From NCBI GenBank assembly GCA_963663895.2, contig CAXXRD010000002.1:320001-384000 (forward strand): 64,000 bases of DNA, written 5' to 3'. Below the pieces are notes generated by a model. It did not search any database. It worked only from the letters and a program-made list of their open reading frames with translations, and was not told where the DNA came from. The position numbers were made by a program, and so were the translations under genes. Source of the stretch: Dehalococcoidia bacterium. Its GTDB lineage: Bacteria; Chloroflexota; Dehalococcoidia; Bin125. Below, one piece after another: positions 37,305 to 46,790 of the stretch (position 1 is its first letter; the number at the start of each line of letters is the position of its first letter).

Positions 37305-38543
37305 CTAGCGGCCCTCGCCGCGCTCGACCACCGGCTCGCCCCCCAACACCACCATGCGGATCCGCTCCGCCTCCTCCAAGATCCCGATCTCCGCGACCGG
37401 ATCTCCGTCAACCACGAGCAGATCCGCCAGCTTTCCCTCCTCCACCGTCCCGAGCGCATCGCCCATCCCCACGATCCCTGCGTTGGTCGCCGTTGACGCG
37501 ACCAGCGCCCCCATCGCTCCCAGCACCCGCGCCTTGAACCGCAGCTCCCGCGCCTTCAGCGGCTGGTGCAGGCCGAGCAGATCCGACCCCGACCCGATCG
37601 CGACCCCAGCGTCCCGGGCGATCTCCAACGACGTGTAGGCCTCCGTCAGCGCCTCTTCGATCTTGCGCACGCTGTTCTCCGGCACCCCGTGCTCCCTCCC
37701 CTCCGCCGCGATCAGCTCGTACACCGCCAGCGTGGGCACCAAGTAGGTGCCGCTCGTCTGCAGGAGCGGCGCGGTCGCCTCATCCAAGAAATTTCCGTGC
37801 TCCAGCGTGCGCACCCCCGCCTCCACGCAATTGCGCATGCTCTGCGGCGTGTAGGTGTGCGCCATCACGTATTTCCCCGTCGCCTTTGCCTCCGCCACCG
37901 CCGCCCCCAGTTCCTCGACCGTGAACTGCGTCGACCACATGTCGTCCGTGGGCGACACCGCCCCCCCATTCGCCATCACCTTTACCTGGTCCGCCCCCCG
38001 TCGCAGCACCTCCCGCGCCGCCCACCGCACCCGCTCCGGCCCGTCCACCACCAGGGACGGACAGTACACGCCGGGGTTGTAGGGCGGCGCCCGCGTGTCG
38101 TTCTCGCGGCGGAAGTCTCCGTGGCCGCCCGTCTGCGAGATCCAGCTGTTGCAGATAAAGAGCCGCGGCGCCCGGATCAGGCCCCGCGCGGCCGCGTCTT
38201 TGTAGCCCCAGTCGAGCCCGCCCGCGTCGCGCACGCTCGTGAACCCCGCCGCCAGGGTCGCCTCGATGTTGCGCGTCACCCGCAGGGCGTACACCGCCGG
38301 CGCCTGCCGCTGCGCCGAGCTCACTTCGAAGTCGACAAGCGCCAAATGCGCATGCGCGTCGATCAGCCCCGGCATCAGCGTCCGCCCGGCACAGTCGACC
38401 ACGCGATCCGCGCGCCTGCGCAGCGAGCCCGCCGCTCCAATCTTGGCGATCCGCCCGTTCTCCACCAGGACGGCCCGCTCGGGCTGCGGATCGCGTCCCG
38501 TGCAATCGAGCACCTGCGCGTGTTCGAAAAGGATGCTGCTCAT
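37305..38543 (-). CDS. Metal-dependent amidohydrolase (imidazolonepropionase/Xaa-Pro dipeptidase-like)
   Basis: MPGLIDAHAH, GFTSVRDAGG, SQTGGHGD, VKVMANGG, MAH, EHG, GSD, GKLADL. Confidence 0.9.
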   Translation of the reverse strand: MSSILFEHAQVLDCTGRDPQPERAVLVENGRIAKIGAAGSLRRRADRVVDCAGRTLMPGLIDAHAHLALVDFEVSSAQRQAPAVYALRVTRNIEATLAAGFTSVRDAGGLDWGYKDAAARGLIRAPRLFICNSWISQTGGHGDFRRENDTRAPPYNPGVYCPSLVVDGPERVRWAAREVLRRGADQVKVMANGGAVSPTDDMWSTQFTVEELGAAVAEAKATGKYVMAHTYTPQSMRNCVEAGVRTLEHGNFLDEATAPLLQTSGTYLVPTLAVYELIAAEGREHGVPENSVRKIEEALTEAYTSLEIARDAGVAIGSGSDLLGLHQPLKARELRFKARVLGAMGALVASTATNAGIVGMGDALGTVEEGKLADLLVVDGDPVAEIGILEEAERIRMVVLGGEPVVERGEGR

Positions 38544-38790
38544 CGCGGCCCTGCCGGCGGATGCCTCCGCCGGATGCCGCAGTCTAGCTCTCCGGCTCCC
38601 GCAGCGCCGCCCGCGTCCCTCGGCACGGCGGCGATCCCCTGCCGCGCCGAGAGCTTGCGTCTCCTCGCTGGTCCGGTCCTCGCGGTACCTGCGATCCTCC
38701 GGCCGGCCTCGTCCGCTTCCCCGGAGAGGACTAGGCTGCTCTCGGATCGACCCGCCGGTTCCCCAACGCCTGCAACCCTTGGAGATCCCC

Positions 38791-39315
38791 ATGCGCCCAC
38801 CCTCACCGACGCACGCCATCGCGAACGGCTTCAGCCAGCTCGCTTACGTCGTCCCGGACATCGCCGCCTCCGAGCAGTTCTTCATCGACACCTTGGGCGT
38901 CCCCGGCTTCTTCCGCATCGAAGACATCCCCGTCTACGACTCCACCTACCGCGGCGGGCCCGGCGACTACGGCATGCACCTCTCCCTCGGCTACGCCGGC
39001 GACACCCAGATCGAGCTCGTCCAGCCCCTCCGCGGCCGAAGCCTCTACCAAGAGTTCCTCGACGCCCACGGCCCCGGCCTTCAGCACCTCGGCTACCTCA
39101 TCGAGGACGAGCCCGCCGCCATCGCCTACTTCGCCGCCCACCACATCCCCCTGATCCAAAGCGGGCGCCTCGGCACCAATCCCGGCATGCGCTACGCCTA
39201 CTTCGACACCACCCCCCAAATCGGCATCGTCACCGAAACCCTCCTCCTCGACGAGGAAACCCGAACGCTCTTCGCCCGCGTCAAGAACGGCAAGCACGGC
39301 GTGTACCGCGCATAA
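38791..39315 (+). CDS. VOC family protein (glyoxalase/methylmalonyl-CoA epimerase-like)
   Basis: QLAYVVPDI, QIELVQP, EFLDAHGPGLQHLG, YAYFDT; SD ggag. Confidence 0.85.
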   Translation: MRPPSPTHAIANGFSQLAYVVPDIAASEQFFIDTLGVPGFFRIEDIPVYDSTYRGGPGDYGMHLSLGYAGDTQIELVQPLRGRSLYQEFLDAHGPGLQHLGYLIEDEPAAIAYFAAHHIPLIQSGRLGTNPGMRYAYFDTTPQIGIVTETLLLDEETRTLFARVKNGKHGVYRA

Positions 39316-39530
39316 GGGCCGTTGTCCCCGGCGACATGCTCTGGGTCGTGGCGCCGCGGGCCTAGAGGGTCGGAGGCTAGCGACCGCGCCCCAGGAACGC
39401 ATGCACTTCGCTCACTGGAAAAGCATCGTCCTTCAGGACCTCCCGAGCGAGCGGGGTTGCCCTTCGGCAGGGCCGCCCGCAGTCCAACGCGACACCGATG
39501 GACAGCCGCCACGCTGTAGGCGCGGCTCTT

Positions 39531-39586
39531 GCTTGCCCGGGCCGATGCTCCAGCGTAGAGATATCGGGGAGACGGGGCGGGAGCAG
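39531..39586 (+). repeat. Third, more diverged copy of the uppP-upstream repeat
   Basis: gcttgcccgggccgatgctccagcgtagagatatcgggga..ggggcgggagc aligns with 30131-30184 and 35396-35449. Confidence 0.75.
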
Positions 39587-39636
39587 CGCGCCGATCCGGT
39601 GCGGAGGCAAGAGACGCCGCCCTCGCCGGGGATGGC

Positions 39637-39690
39637 TGCTACGCTTTTGGTCGCCGACTGAAACCCTCCGGCCGAGGCACTCGGCCGGAG
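39637..39690 (+). promoter_or_regulatory. Extended -10 box and 5'-UTR hairpin of the molybdoenzyme operon
   Basis: TGcTACGCT at 39637-39645; perfect 11-bp stem ctccggccgag-gca-ctcggccggag at 39666-39690 just before the SD gagga. Confidence 0.45.
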
Positions 39691-39706
39691 TTGCGAGGAA
39701 TACGGA

Positions 39707-41236
39707 TTGGCTGCGACCGAGAGCCTCGCATCTGCCGCGAATCCCCCCACCTGGGTCAAGATCATCGACCAACAGCGCTGCATCGGCTGCCATGCGTGCA
39801 GCGTCGCCTGCAAGGCCGAGAACGATGTCCCCTTGGGCGTCCATCGCACCTTCGTGAAGGAGGTCGAGGTTGGACGGTTCCCCAGCGTAGCGCGCAGCTT
39901 CCAAGTCACCCGCTGCAACCAATGCGAGAACGCGCCCTGCACCAGCGTGTGCCCCACGCGGGCGATGTACCGCCGGCCCGACGGCATCGTCGACTTCGAC
40001 CGGGCCATCTGCATCGGCTGCAAGGCCTGCCTGAACGCCTGCCCCTACGACGCGATCTACATCGATCCGGTATCGCGGAGCGCGGAGAAATGTAACTTCT
40101 GCGCGCACCGCATCGACCGCGGTCTCGAGCCCGCCTGCGTCTCCGTTTGCCCCACGGAGGCGATCATCGTGGGAGACCGGCGGCGCCCATCCGCCGCCCT
40201 GAGCCGGTACCTCGGGGATCGCGACCTGCGCGTGCGCAAGCCGGAACGCGGCACGCATCCGAAGCTCTTCTATCACGGTGGGGACGGTCGCGGGCTCGAC
40301 CCGCTGATCACGGATCTCACCCGCCCGCGCGCCGCGACCGAGCGGCCGATCGGCGCCACGGTCACGCAAGCGGCGGCGATCATGGGCGACGGCGGCGCGC
40401 GCGCGGCGCCATGGGGCTGGCGGATCTCCGCCTACACCTGGACGAAAGCGGTGGCGGCGGGGCCGTTCCTGCTGTGGCCGTTCCTGGCGCTCGGCATGAC
40501 GCTCGAACGGCAAGCGTGGACGCTCCCCCTGGCGGCGATCGCCGCCACGGGGCTCGCGCTCACGGTCGCGTTGCTGGTAGCGGATCTCACGCACCCGAAG
40601 CGCTTCTACCGCATGCTGGTGCAGCCGCACTGGCGCTCGTGGCTCGTGCGGGGCGGGGTCGCGCTCCTGCTGGCCTCCGCGGGCGTCGGCCTATTCTTGA
40701 TCGCCGGGCTGGTCAATTCCAGCGTATTCATCACGGCAGCGGGGTGGCTGCTGCTTCCACTGGCGCTGGGGCTCGCCGGCTACACCGCCTTCCTCTTCCG
40801 CGACAGCAAAGGGTGCCGGCTCTGGCAGAGCCCGCTGCTTCCCCTGCATCTCCTCGTGCAAGCAGCCGTGATCGGGGCCGGGGTCCTCGTGTTGGTAGAG
40901 AGCGCGGCGCAGCTTCCCTGGTCCGACCTGCGCGCGCTGGTGGGGATCTTGCTCGCCGGATCGCTCTTGCACACGGCCCTGATCGTCAGTGAGTTCGCGC
41001 TGTCCAACCACGAAGCCGAGAGCCGTGCGGCCCTGCAGGCGCTGCGGCGCGGGCGCTTGCGAGGCTGGCTGTGGCTGGGAGCGGGCGGCGTCGCGCTGGG
41101 GATCGGGCTCGCCGTCGTGAGTTTGTCGATGGCGGAGCCCGTCGCGGCGTACGTGGCGGCGGGTGTCGTGATCGCGGCGATCGGCGCCTACGAGCATGCG
41201 TACGTGCAGGCGGGGCAGTCCGTCCCGCTGGCTTGA
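39707..41236 (+). CDS. Fused 4Fe-4S ferredoxin (NrfC/DmsB-like) and NrfD/PsrC-type membrane anchor
   Basis: CIGCHACSVAC, CNQCENAPCTSVCP, CIGCKACLNACPY, KCNFC...PACVSVCP, then DLTHPKRF...SWLVRG, GYTAFL, AGQSVPL. Confidence 0.9.
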   Translation: MAATESLASAANPPTWVKIIDQQRCIGCHACSVACKAENDVPLGVHRTFVKEVEVGRFPSVARSFQVTRCNQCENAPCTSVCPTRAMYRRPDGIVDFDRAICIGCKACLNACPYDAIYIDPVSRSAEKCNFCAHRIDRGLEPACVSVCPTEAIIVGDRRRPSAALSRYLGDRDLRVRKPERGTHPKLFYHGGDGRGLDPLITDLTRPRAATERPIGATVTQAAAIMGDGGARAAPWGWRISAYTWTKAVAAGPFLLWPFLALGMTLERQAWTLPLAAIAATGLALTVALLVADLTHPKRFYRMLVQPHWRSWLVRGGVALLLASAGVGLFLIAGLVNSSVFITAAGWLLLPLALGLAGYTAFLFRDSKGCRLWQSPLLPLHLLVQAAVIGAGVLVLVESAAQLPWSDLRALVGILLAGSLLHTALIVSEFALSNHEAESRAALQALRRGRLRGWLWLGAGGVALGIGLAVVSLSMAEPVAAYVAAGVVIAAIGAYEHAYVQAGQSVPLA

Positions 41237-41260
41237 GCGATCCGATCGGAGAGCAAGACG

Positions 41261-44188
41261 ATGACCGGTGATCCCACTCCTCCGCCCCATAGCGGCGTAC
41301 TGCGCGCCGGACCGGAGCTCGCCGAGTGGAAGCACTGGACCGAATGGGACGCGCGCGCCTGGCCCGAGCGGAAAGAGCGCGCCTACCAGCTGGTGCCCAC
41401 GGTCTGCTTCAACTGCGAAGCGGCTTGCGGATTGGTGGCGTTCGTCGACAAGTCGACGGGCGCGATCGCCAAGTTGGAGGGACACCCGCTGCACCCGGCG
41501 AGCCGCGGCCGCAACTGCGCCAAAGGGCCGGCCACGCTCGCCCAGGTGCAGAATCCGGATCGCATTCTCTATCCCCTGCGGCGCGTCGGGCCACGCGGAT
41601 CGGGCCGCTGGGAGCGCGTCACGTGGGAGGCGGCCTTGGACGATCTGGCCGCGCGGATCCGGGAGGAGCTGCTGGCCGGCCGCCGCGACCGGATCGTCTA
41701 CCACGTCGGGCGGCCCGGAGAGGACCTCTACACGGAGCGGGTCCTGGCGACTTGGGGCGTCGACGGGCACAACTCGCACACGAACGTCTGCTCGGCCGCC
41801 GCCCGCGCCGGCTACGCCTTCTGGATGGGGATAGACCGCCCGATGCCCGATCACGAGCGGGCGCGCTTCTTGCTCATGCTCAGCTCGCACCTGGAAGCGG
41901 GGCACTACTTCAACCCCCAGGCGCAGCGGATCATCGAGGCCCAGGCGAGTGGCCGGGCGAAGCTCTGCGTGATCGACACGCGCCTCTCCAACTCCGCCGC
42001 GAAGGCCGACTACTGGCTCGCACCCTGGCCGGGCACGGAAGCGGCGCTGCTGCTCGCGGTCGCGAGCTTTCTGATCCGGGAAGACCGGTGCGACTGGGAG
42101 TTCGTGCGCCGCTGGACGAACTGGCGCCAGCTGCTCGGGGAGCGCGGCTACCTGGCCACCCTCCGGAGGAACGGGCGGATCCGCATCATCCCCGCGGCGG
42201 ATGACTTCGACGCGTTCAAGTCGCTGCTGGCAGAGCTCTACGCGCCCTACACGTTCGCGGCCGCCGCCGAGGAGTGCGGGGTCGCAGAGGAAACGCTCCA
42301 GGCCGTCGCGCAGGAGGTGGCGGCAGCCGGCTCCGGGCTGGCGACGCACGTCTGGCGCAACGCCGCGGCGGGCAACCGCGGCGGCTGGATGGTGGCCCGC
42401 TGCCTCTTTTTGCTGAACGTCCTCACCGGATCAGTGGGAAGCGAGGGCGGGACGCTGCCCAATCAGTGGACGAAGTTCGTGCCGCAGCCCCACAGCATGC
42501 CGGCTCCGGTGCAGACCTGGAACGAAACTCTGTGGCCCGCCGCTTGGCCGCTGGCGCACTTCGAGCTGAGCTTCCTGCTGCCTCATCTGCTGCGTTCCCA
42601 GGAGCAGCAGATCGGCGTCTATTTCACGCGCGTCTACAACCCCGTCTGGACGAACCCGGACGGATTCGCCTGGATCGACCTGCTCTCCGACGAGCGCCGC
42701 ATCGGCCTGCACGCGGCGCTCACGCCGGTCTGGAGCGAGAGCGCGCAGTACGCCGATTACGTGTTGCCGATGGGACTCGGCCCCGAGCGACACGACCTGC
42801 ACAGCTACGAGACGCATGCGGCGCAATGGATCGGCTTCCGCCAGCCGGTGCAGCGGGTCGTGCGCGCGGACCGCGGGGAGACCGTGGACTCCACGCTGGG
42901 CAGCAATGCGGGGGAGGTGTGGGAGGAGAACGAGTTCTGGATCGAGCTTTCGTGGCGGATCGATCCCGACGGGGCGCTGGGCATCCGCCGCCACTTCGCG
43001 TCGCCCTACCGGCCCGGCGCTCGGATCACGATCGAGGAGTACTACCGCTGGATCTTCGAGCACTCCGTGCCCGGCTTGCCGGAAGCGGCCGCCGCGGCCG
43101 AGGCGTCACCGTTGCAGTTCATGCGGGAGCGGGGCGCCTTCGAAGTGACACGGGATGTGTATCGCTTGCACGAGCAGCCCGTGGATGCCGCGCTCGCCGC
43201 GGCGGCGACCAGGCATGATGGCGCGCTCTGGACGGAGCAGCCGCCGCCCAAAGTGAACTTCGCTCCCATCCCGGGTCCCTTCCGGGACGCGGAGGGGCGT
43301 GTGCGGATCGGCATCGTGGATGAATCCGGCACTGCCGTGCAAGGCTTCCCCACGCCATCGGGCAAGCTCGAGTTCTTTTCATCGACGCTGAACGATTGGG
43401 GCTGGCCGGAGTGCGCGATTCCCTTCTACCCGCTCACCCCGAAGCAGCGAGAAGAGACGTCCGCGCTCGTGAGCCAAGTCCATCCTTCCCAGATCGACAC
43501 CACGGCGAATGAATACGTCCTGCTTCCCACGTTCCGCCTCCCAACGCTGATCCACAGCCGCACGAATGGGGCGAAGTGGCTGCACGAACTCGCCCACGTC
43601 AACCCCGTGTGGATCCACCCGCAGGACGCCGCGCGAGTGGGCGTGACGAGCGGCGAGCTGGTCCGGGTGGAAACCGCGATCGGATCGTTCGTCGACCGCT
43701 GCTGGGTGACGGAGGCGCTCCGTCCCGGGGTCGTCGCTTGCTCGCATCACTTGGGCCGCTGGCGCTTGCAGGAAGAGCATGGCAGCGATCGCTGGAATTC
43801 GTCCTTGGTATCGATCGAGCAAGAGATCGATCAAGAGAAGGAGATCTGGCGGATGCGGCGCCGCCACGGCGCCGGCCCTTTCCAAGGCGACCGAGACTCC
43901 GCGCGGATCTGGTGGTCGGACGGCGGCGTGCACCAGAATCTCATCTTCCCCGTACAGCCCGATCCGATTAGCGGGCAACACTGCTGGCATCAGAAGGTGC
44001 GGCTGCGGCGCGCGACGGAGGATGCGTACGGCGAGATTACGGTCGACCAAGCAGCGGCGCGGCGCGTCTATGAGGACTGGCGCGCCTTGACCCGCTTCCC
44101 GACCGCCCAGCGCGAGCGCCGACCCTACTGGCTCCTGCGGCCGCTCAAGCCGCATCCCGACGCCTACCGGCGGGACGCGGCACCGTAA
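41261..44188 (+). CDS. Molybdopterin-dependent oxidoreductase catalytic subunit (Psr/Phs/Soe-like), no Tat signal
   Basis: CFNCEAAC...NCAKG Fe-S motif, RILYPL, HNSHTNVCS, PGTEAAL, ADYVLP, TPSGKLE, WIHPQDA. Confidence 0.9.
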   Translation: MTGDPTPPPHSGVLRAGPELAEWKHWTEWDARAWPERKERAYQLVPTVCFNCEAACGLVAFVDKSTGAIAKLEGHPLHPASRGRNCAKGPATLAQVQNPDRILYPLRRVGPRGSGRWERVTWEAALDDLAARIREELLAGRRDRIVYHVGRPGEDLYTERVLATWGVDGHNSHTNVCSAAARAGYAFWMGIDRPMPDHERARFLLMLSSHLEAGHYFNPQAQRIIEAQASGRAKLCVIDTRLSNSAAKADYWLAPWPGTEAALLLAVASFLIREDRCDWEFVRRWTNWRQLLGERGYLATLRRNGRIRIIPAADDFDAFKSLLAELYAPYTFAAAAEECGVAEETLQAVAQEVAAAGSGLATHVWRNAAAGNRGGWMVARCLFLLNVLTGSVGSEGGTLPNQWTKFVPQPHSMPAPVQTWNETLWPAAWPLAHFELSFLLPHLLRSQEQQIGVYFTRVYNPVWTNPDGFAWIDLLSDERRIGLHAALTPVWSESAQYADYVLPMGLGPERHDLHSYETHAAQWIGFRQPVQRVVRADRGETVDSTLGSNAGEVWEENEFWIELSWRIDPDGALGIRRHFASPYRPGARITIEEYYRWIFEHSVPGLPEAAAAAEASPLQFMRERGAFEVTRDVYRLHEQPVDAALAAAATRHDGALWTEQPPPKVNFAPIPGPFRDAEGRVRIGIVDESGTAVQGFPTPSGKLEFFSSTLNDWGWPECAIPFYPLTPKQREETSALVSQVHPSQIDTTANEYVLLPTFRLPTLIHSRTNGAKWLHELAHVNPVWIHPQDAARVGVTSGELVRVETAIGSFVDRCWVTEALRPGVVACSHHLGRWRLQEEHGSDRWNSSLVSIEQEIDQEKEIWRMRRRHGAGPFQGDRDSARIWWSDGGVHQNLIFPVQPDPISGQHCWHQKVRLRRATEDAYGEITVDQAAARRVYEDWRALTRFPTAQRERRPYWLLRPLKPHPDAYRRDAAP

Positions 44189-44199
44189 CGCCGGCGGAT

Positions 44200-44218
44200 C
44201 GTCCGGCGCGGCCGGACG
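44200..44218 (+). terminator. Hairpin after the molybdoenzyme gene
   Basis: cgtccggc-gcg-gccggacg; followed by a TAGAAT -10-like box at 44226-44231. Confidence 0.4.
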
Positions 44219-44269
44219 GCCGCGCTAGAATCGCTCAGGACAGCGAGAGGGCAGCAGAGGAGAGTCGCG

Positions 44270-45691
44270 ATGCTTCTCAAGCAATTCTACCTCGGCTGCC
44301 TGGCGCAAGCCTCTTATCTCATCGGCGATCGGGAGCACGGCGCCGCCGTGGTCGTCGATCCGCGTCGCGATATCGACGAGTACGTCGACGAGGCGGAGCG
44401 CCTCGGCTTACGGATCGAGCGCGTCATTCTGACGCACTTCCACGCCGATTTCGTGGCCGGGCACATTGAGCTTCGCGATCGCGTGGGGGCGCGGATCTGC
44501 CTGGGCGCCGGCGCCCAAGCGGACTACCCGTTCGATCCGCTCCACGACGGCGACGTAATCACGCTCGGGCGGGTGCGTCTCGAGATCCTCGCCACGCCGG
44601 GGCACACGCCCGAGGCGATCTGCATCTTGGTACGAGACCTCGGCGCACCCGAGGAGCCGGGAGCGCTGCTCACGGGGGACACGCTCTTCATCGGCGACGT
44701 CGGACGTCCCGATCTGATGGCGTCACCCGGCACCTCCGCCGTTGACTTGGCGGGGCAACTCTACGACTCGCTGCATGGCAAGCTGCTGTCTCTGCCCGAT
44801 GAGACGATCGTGTATCCGGGACACGGCGCAGGGTCGCTTTGCGGCAAGAACATGAGCTCGGAAACGTCGTCACCCTTGGGCGTGCAGCGCCGCTACAACT
44901 ATGCCCTTCAATCCATGAGCAAAGAGGCGTTTGTGGACCTGGTGACGGCCGACCAGCCGGAAGCGCCCGCCTACTTCGCTTACGACGCCGACTTCAACCG
45001 CCGCGAGCGGATACGGCTGGACGAGATCCTGCCGGCGGAGCTGCGGCCGCACGCGCTGGGCGCCGTGCTCCAAGCACAGCAGGACGGCGCCCAAATCATC
45101 GACGTACGGGATCCCGGAGAGTTCGCGGCGGCACACCTGGCGGGGGCGATCAATATCGGATTGGGCGGCCAATACGCCAGTTGGGCCGGGACCTTGCTGG
45201 ATCGAGCGCGACCGATCGTCCTCATCTGCGAGCCAGACGCCGAAGTGGAAGCGGCGACGCGGATGGGGCGGGTCGGAATCGAGAACATCGCCGGCTATCT
45301 CGCAGGCGGGATGGCGTCGGTGCGAGAGCGGCCCGATTTGCTTCGCAGCTTTCGCCGCTACGCTCCCCGGACGCTGCGGGAGCGGCTCCAGGACGCGGAT
45401 GACCCGTACCTCCTGGACGTGCGGCGCGAAGGAGAGACCCGACTCGGCCGCATCGCCGGCAGCGCCAATGTGCCGCTCGGCCAGCTGGAGCAGCGGATCG
45501 AGGAGGTCCCCCGCGACCGCGAAGTCACGATCTACTGCGCCGGGGGGTATCGCTCGGCGATCGCGGCGGGCATTCTACAGGCGCACGGCTTCACGCAGCT
45601 GAGCGACCTCGCAGGCGGCTACAACGCCTGGGTGGCGAGCGGGTGCCCGGCGGAAGCTCCGCCCGAGCGTTCGCAGAGTCCGTCCGTCTGA
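44270..45691 (+). CDS. MBL-fold persulfide dioxygenase fused to two rhodanese domains (CstB-like)
   Basis: THFHADF, TPGHTPE, TGDTLF, GRPDL, PGHGAGSLCG, C-terminal rhodanese YCAGGYRS. Confidence 0.9.
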   Translation: MLLKQFYLGCLAQASYLIGDREHGAAVVVDPRRDIDEYVDEAERLGLRIERVILTHFHADFVAGHIELRDRVGARICLGAGAQADYPFDPLHDGDVITLGRVRLEILATPGHTPEAICILVRDLGAPEEPGALLTGDTLFIGDVGRPDLMASPGTSAVDLAGQLYDSLHGKLLSLPDETIVYPGHGAGSLCGKNMSSETSSPLGVQRRYNYALQSMSKEAFVDLVTADQPEAPAYFAYDADFNRRERIRLDEILPAELRPHALGAVLQAQQDGAQIIDVRDPGEFAAAHLAGAINIGLGGQYASWAGTLLDRARPIVLICEPDAEVEAATRMGRVGIENIAGYLAGGMASVRERPDLLRSFRRYAPRTLRERLQDADDPYLLDVRREGETRLGRIAGSANVPLGQLEQRIEEVPRDREVTIYCAGGYRSAIAAGILQAHGFTQLSDLAGGYNAWVASGCPAEAPPERSQSPSV

Positions 45692-45843
45692 CGGGGCGAT
45701 CCCCGCACGCGACCGGACGCCGTCCCCAGCGGGGCAGCGCCGGCCCCAACAGCGCCGCGCCGCCAGGGCTCCGGGCAGACTCACGTGTGCAGCCGACGCG
45801 GTCGCGTGATGGCCGATGCGCCCTCCCGGCGCTTGGAGCGAAG

Positions 45844-46761
45844 CTAGCGTCGTACGGGGATCGTCTCCGCGAACGTCTCGAGCGCCGCATCCAAAGCCGC
45901 GGCCTGCCCCTCGCCGTGGTAGATGTCGTAGGCGCCGCAGGGAACCAGCACGAGACTTTTCGGTTCGCGCGCCTTCTTGTAGGCGTCTTGGATGTGCTCA
46001 AGCAGGTGGATCACGTCCCAGCCGCCCGAGGTGACGATGCGAAGCGGGCGCGGAGCGATCTGATGGATCACGCTCTCCGGATTGAATTCGATCACCTTTT
46101 CGATCGACTCCAGCGCGATCTCCGGCTCCGAAATCAGGAGCGGCTTTCCGGTCCGCTCCGTGTAGTCCGTGAAGAAGCGCATCGTGCGTGCATCCATGGG
46201 GATGATGCCGGCGCTGCCCCCGCGCTGCGTGGGCGGCACGCGCTCGCTTTGGCCCGTCTCGTAGCGCCGCTTGCGATCGGCTTCAAGCCGATCTTGCAAC
46301 TCCTCCCAACCGGCGCTGGTGAGCAGCGCTTGCATCCAGCGGCGCCCGTTCACGACCGGGACCTCCGCCACGACCGCCTTGACCCGGCGATCGACGGCGG
46401 CCGTCCAGATCACCACCGCGCCGCCAAAGCTGGCGCCCCAAATACCGATGCGATCCGGGTCCACCTCGGGCCGGTGCTGGAGATAGCTCACCGCGTTGCG
46501 AAAGTCCTCCACTTGGTTCAGCGGGAAGAGCTGCCCGCGCGGCTCGCCTTCGCTCGCGCCGAAAGTGCGGTAGTCGATCGCCAGCACGACGTATCCCGCG
46601 CGGCGGAAGAACTCCGCCTCCGTCGCCAGTGACTGCTTGACGACCCCGAACCCGTGCCCGAGCACCAGTCCCGGCCGCCGCTCCTCGGGCGACAGGCCAT
46701 CGGGGAGGCCCAGCTCTCCCGCCACCCGCACGCCGCCGCTCGGTACCCAAACGTTCTCCAT
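45844..46761 (-). CDS. Alpha/beta hydrolase (S9/S15-like)
   Basis: HGFG, DYRTFGASEGEPR, nucleophile elbow GASFGG. Confidence 0.88.
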   Translation of the reverse strand: MENVWVPSGGVRVAGELGLPDGLSPEERRPGLVLGHGFGVVKQSLATEAEFFRRAGYVVLAIDYRTFGASEGEPRGQLFPLNQVEDFRNAVSYLQHRPEVDPDRIGIWGASFGGAVVIWTAAVDRRVKAVVAEVPVVNGRRWMQALLTSAGWEELQDRLEADRKRRYETGQSERVPPTQRGGSAGIIPMDARTMRFFTDYTERTGKPLLISEPEIALESIEKVIEFNPESVIHQIAPRPLRIVTSGGWDVIHLLEHIQDAYKKAREPKSLVLVPCGAYDIYHGEGQAAALDAALETFAETIPVRR

Positions 46762-46790
46762 GACGTATCGCCTCCGCTCTTCGGGTCAGT

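Noticed and set aside
39590-39706. Molybdenum-cofactor riboswitch upstream of the molybdoenzyme operon
   Set aside because: Only one hairpin is visible; the multi-stem Moco motif could not be recognised
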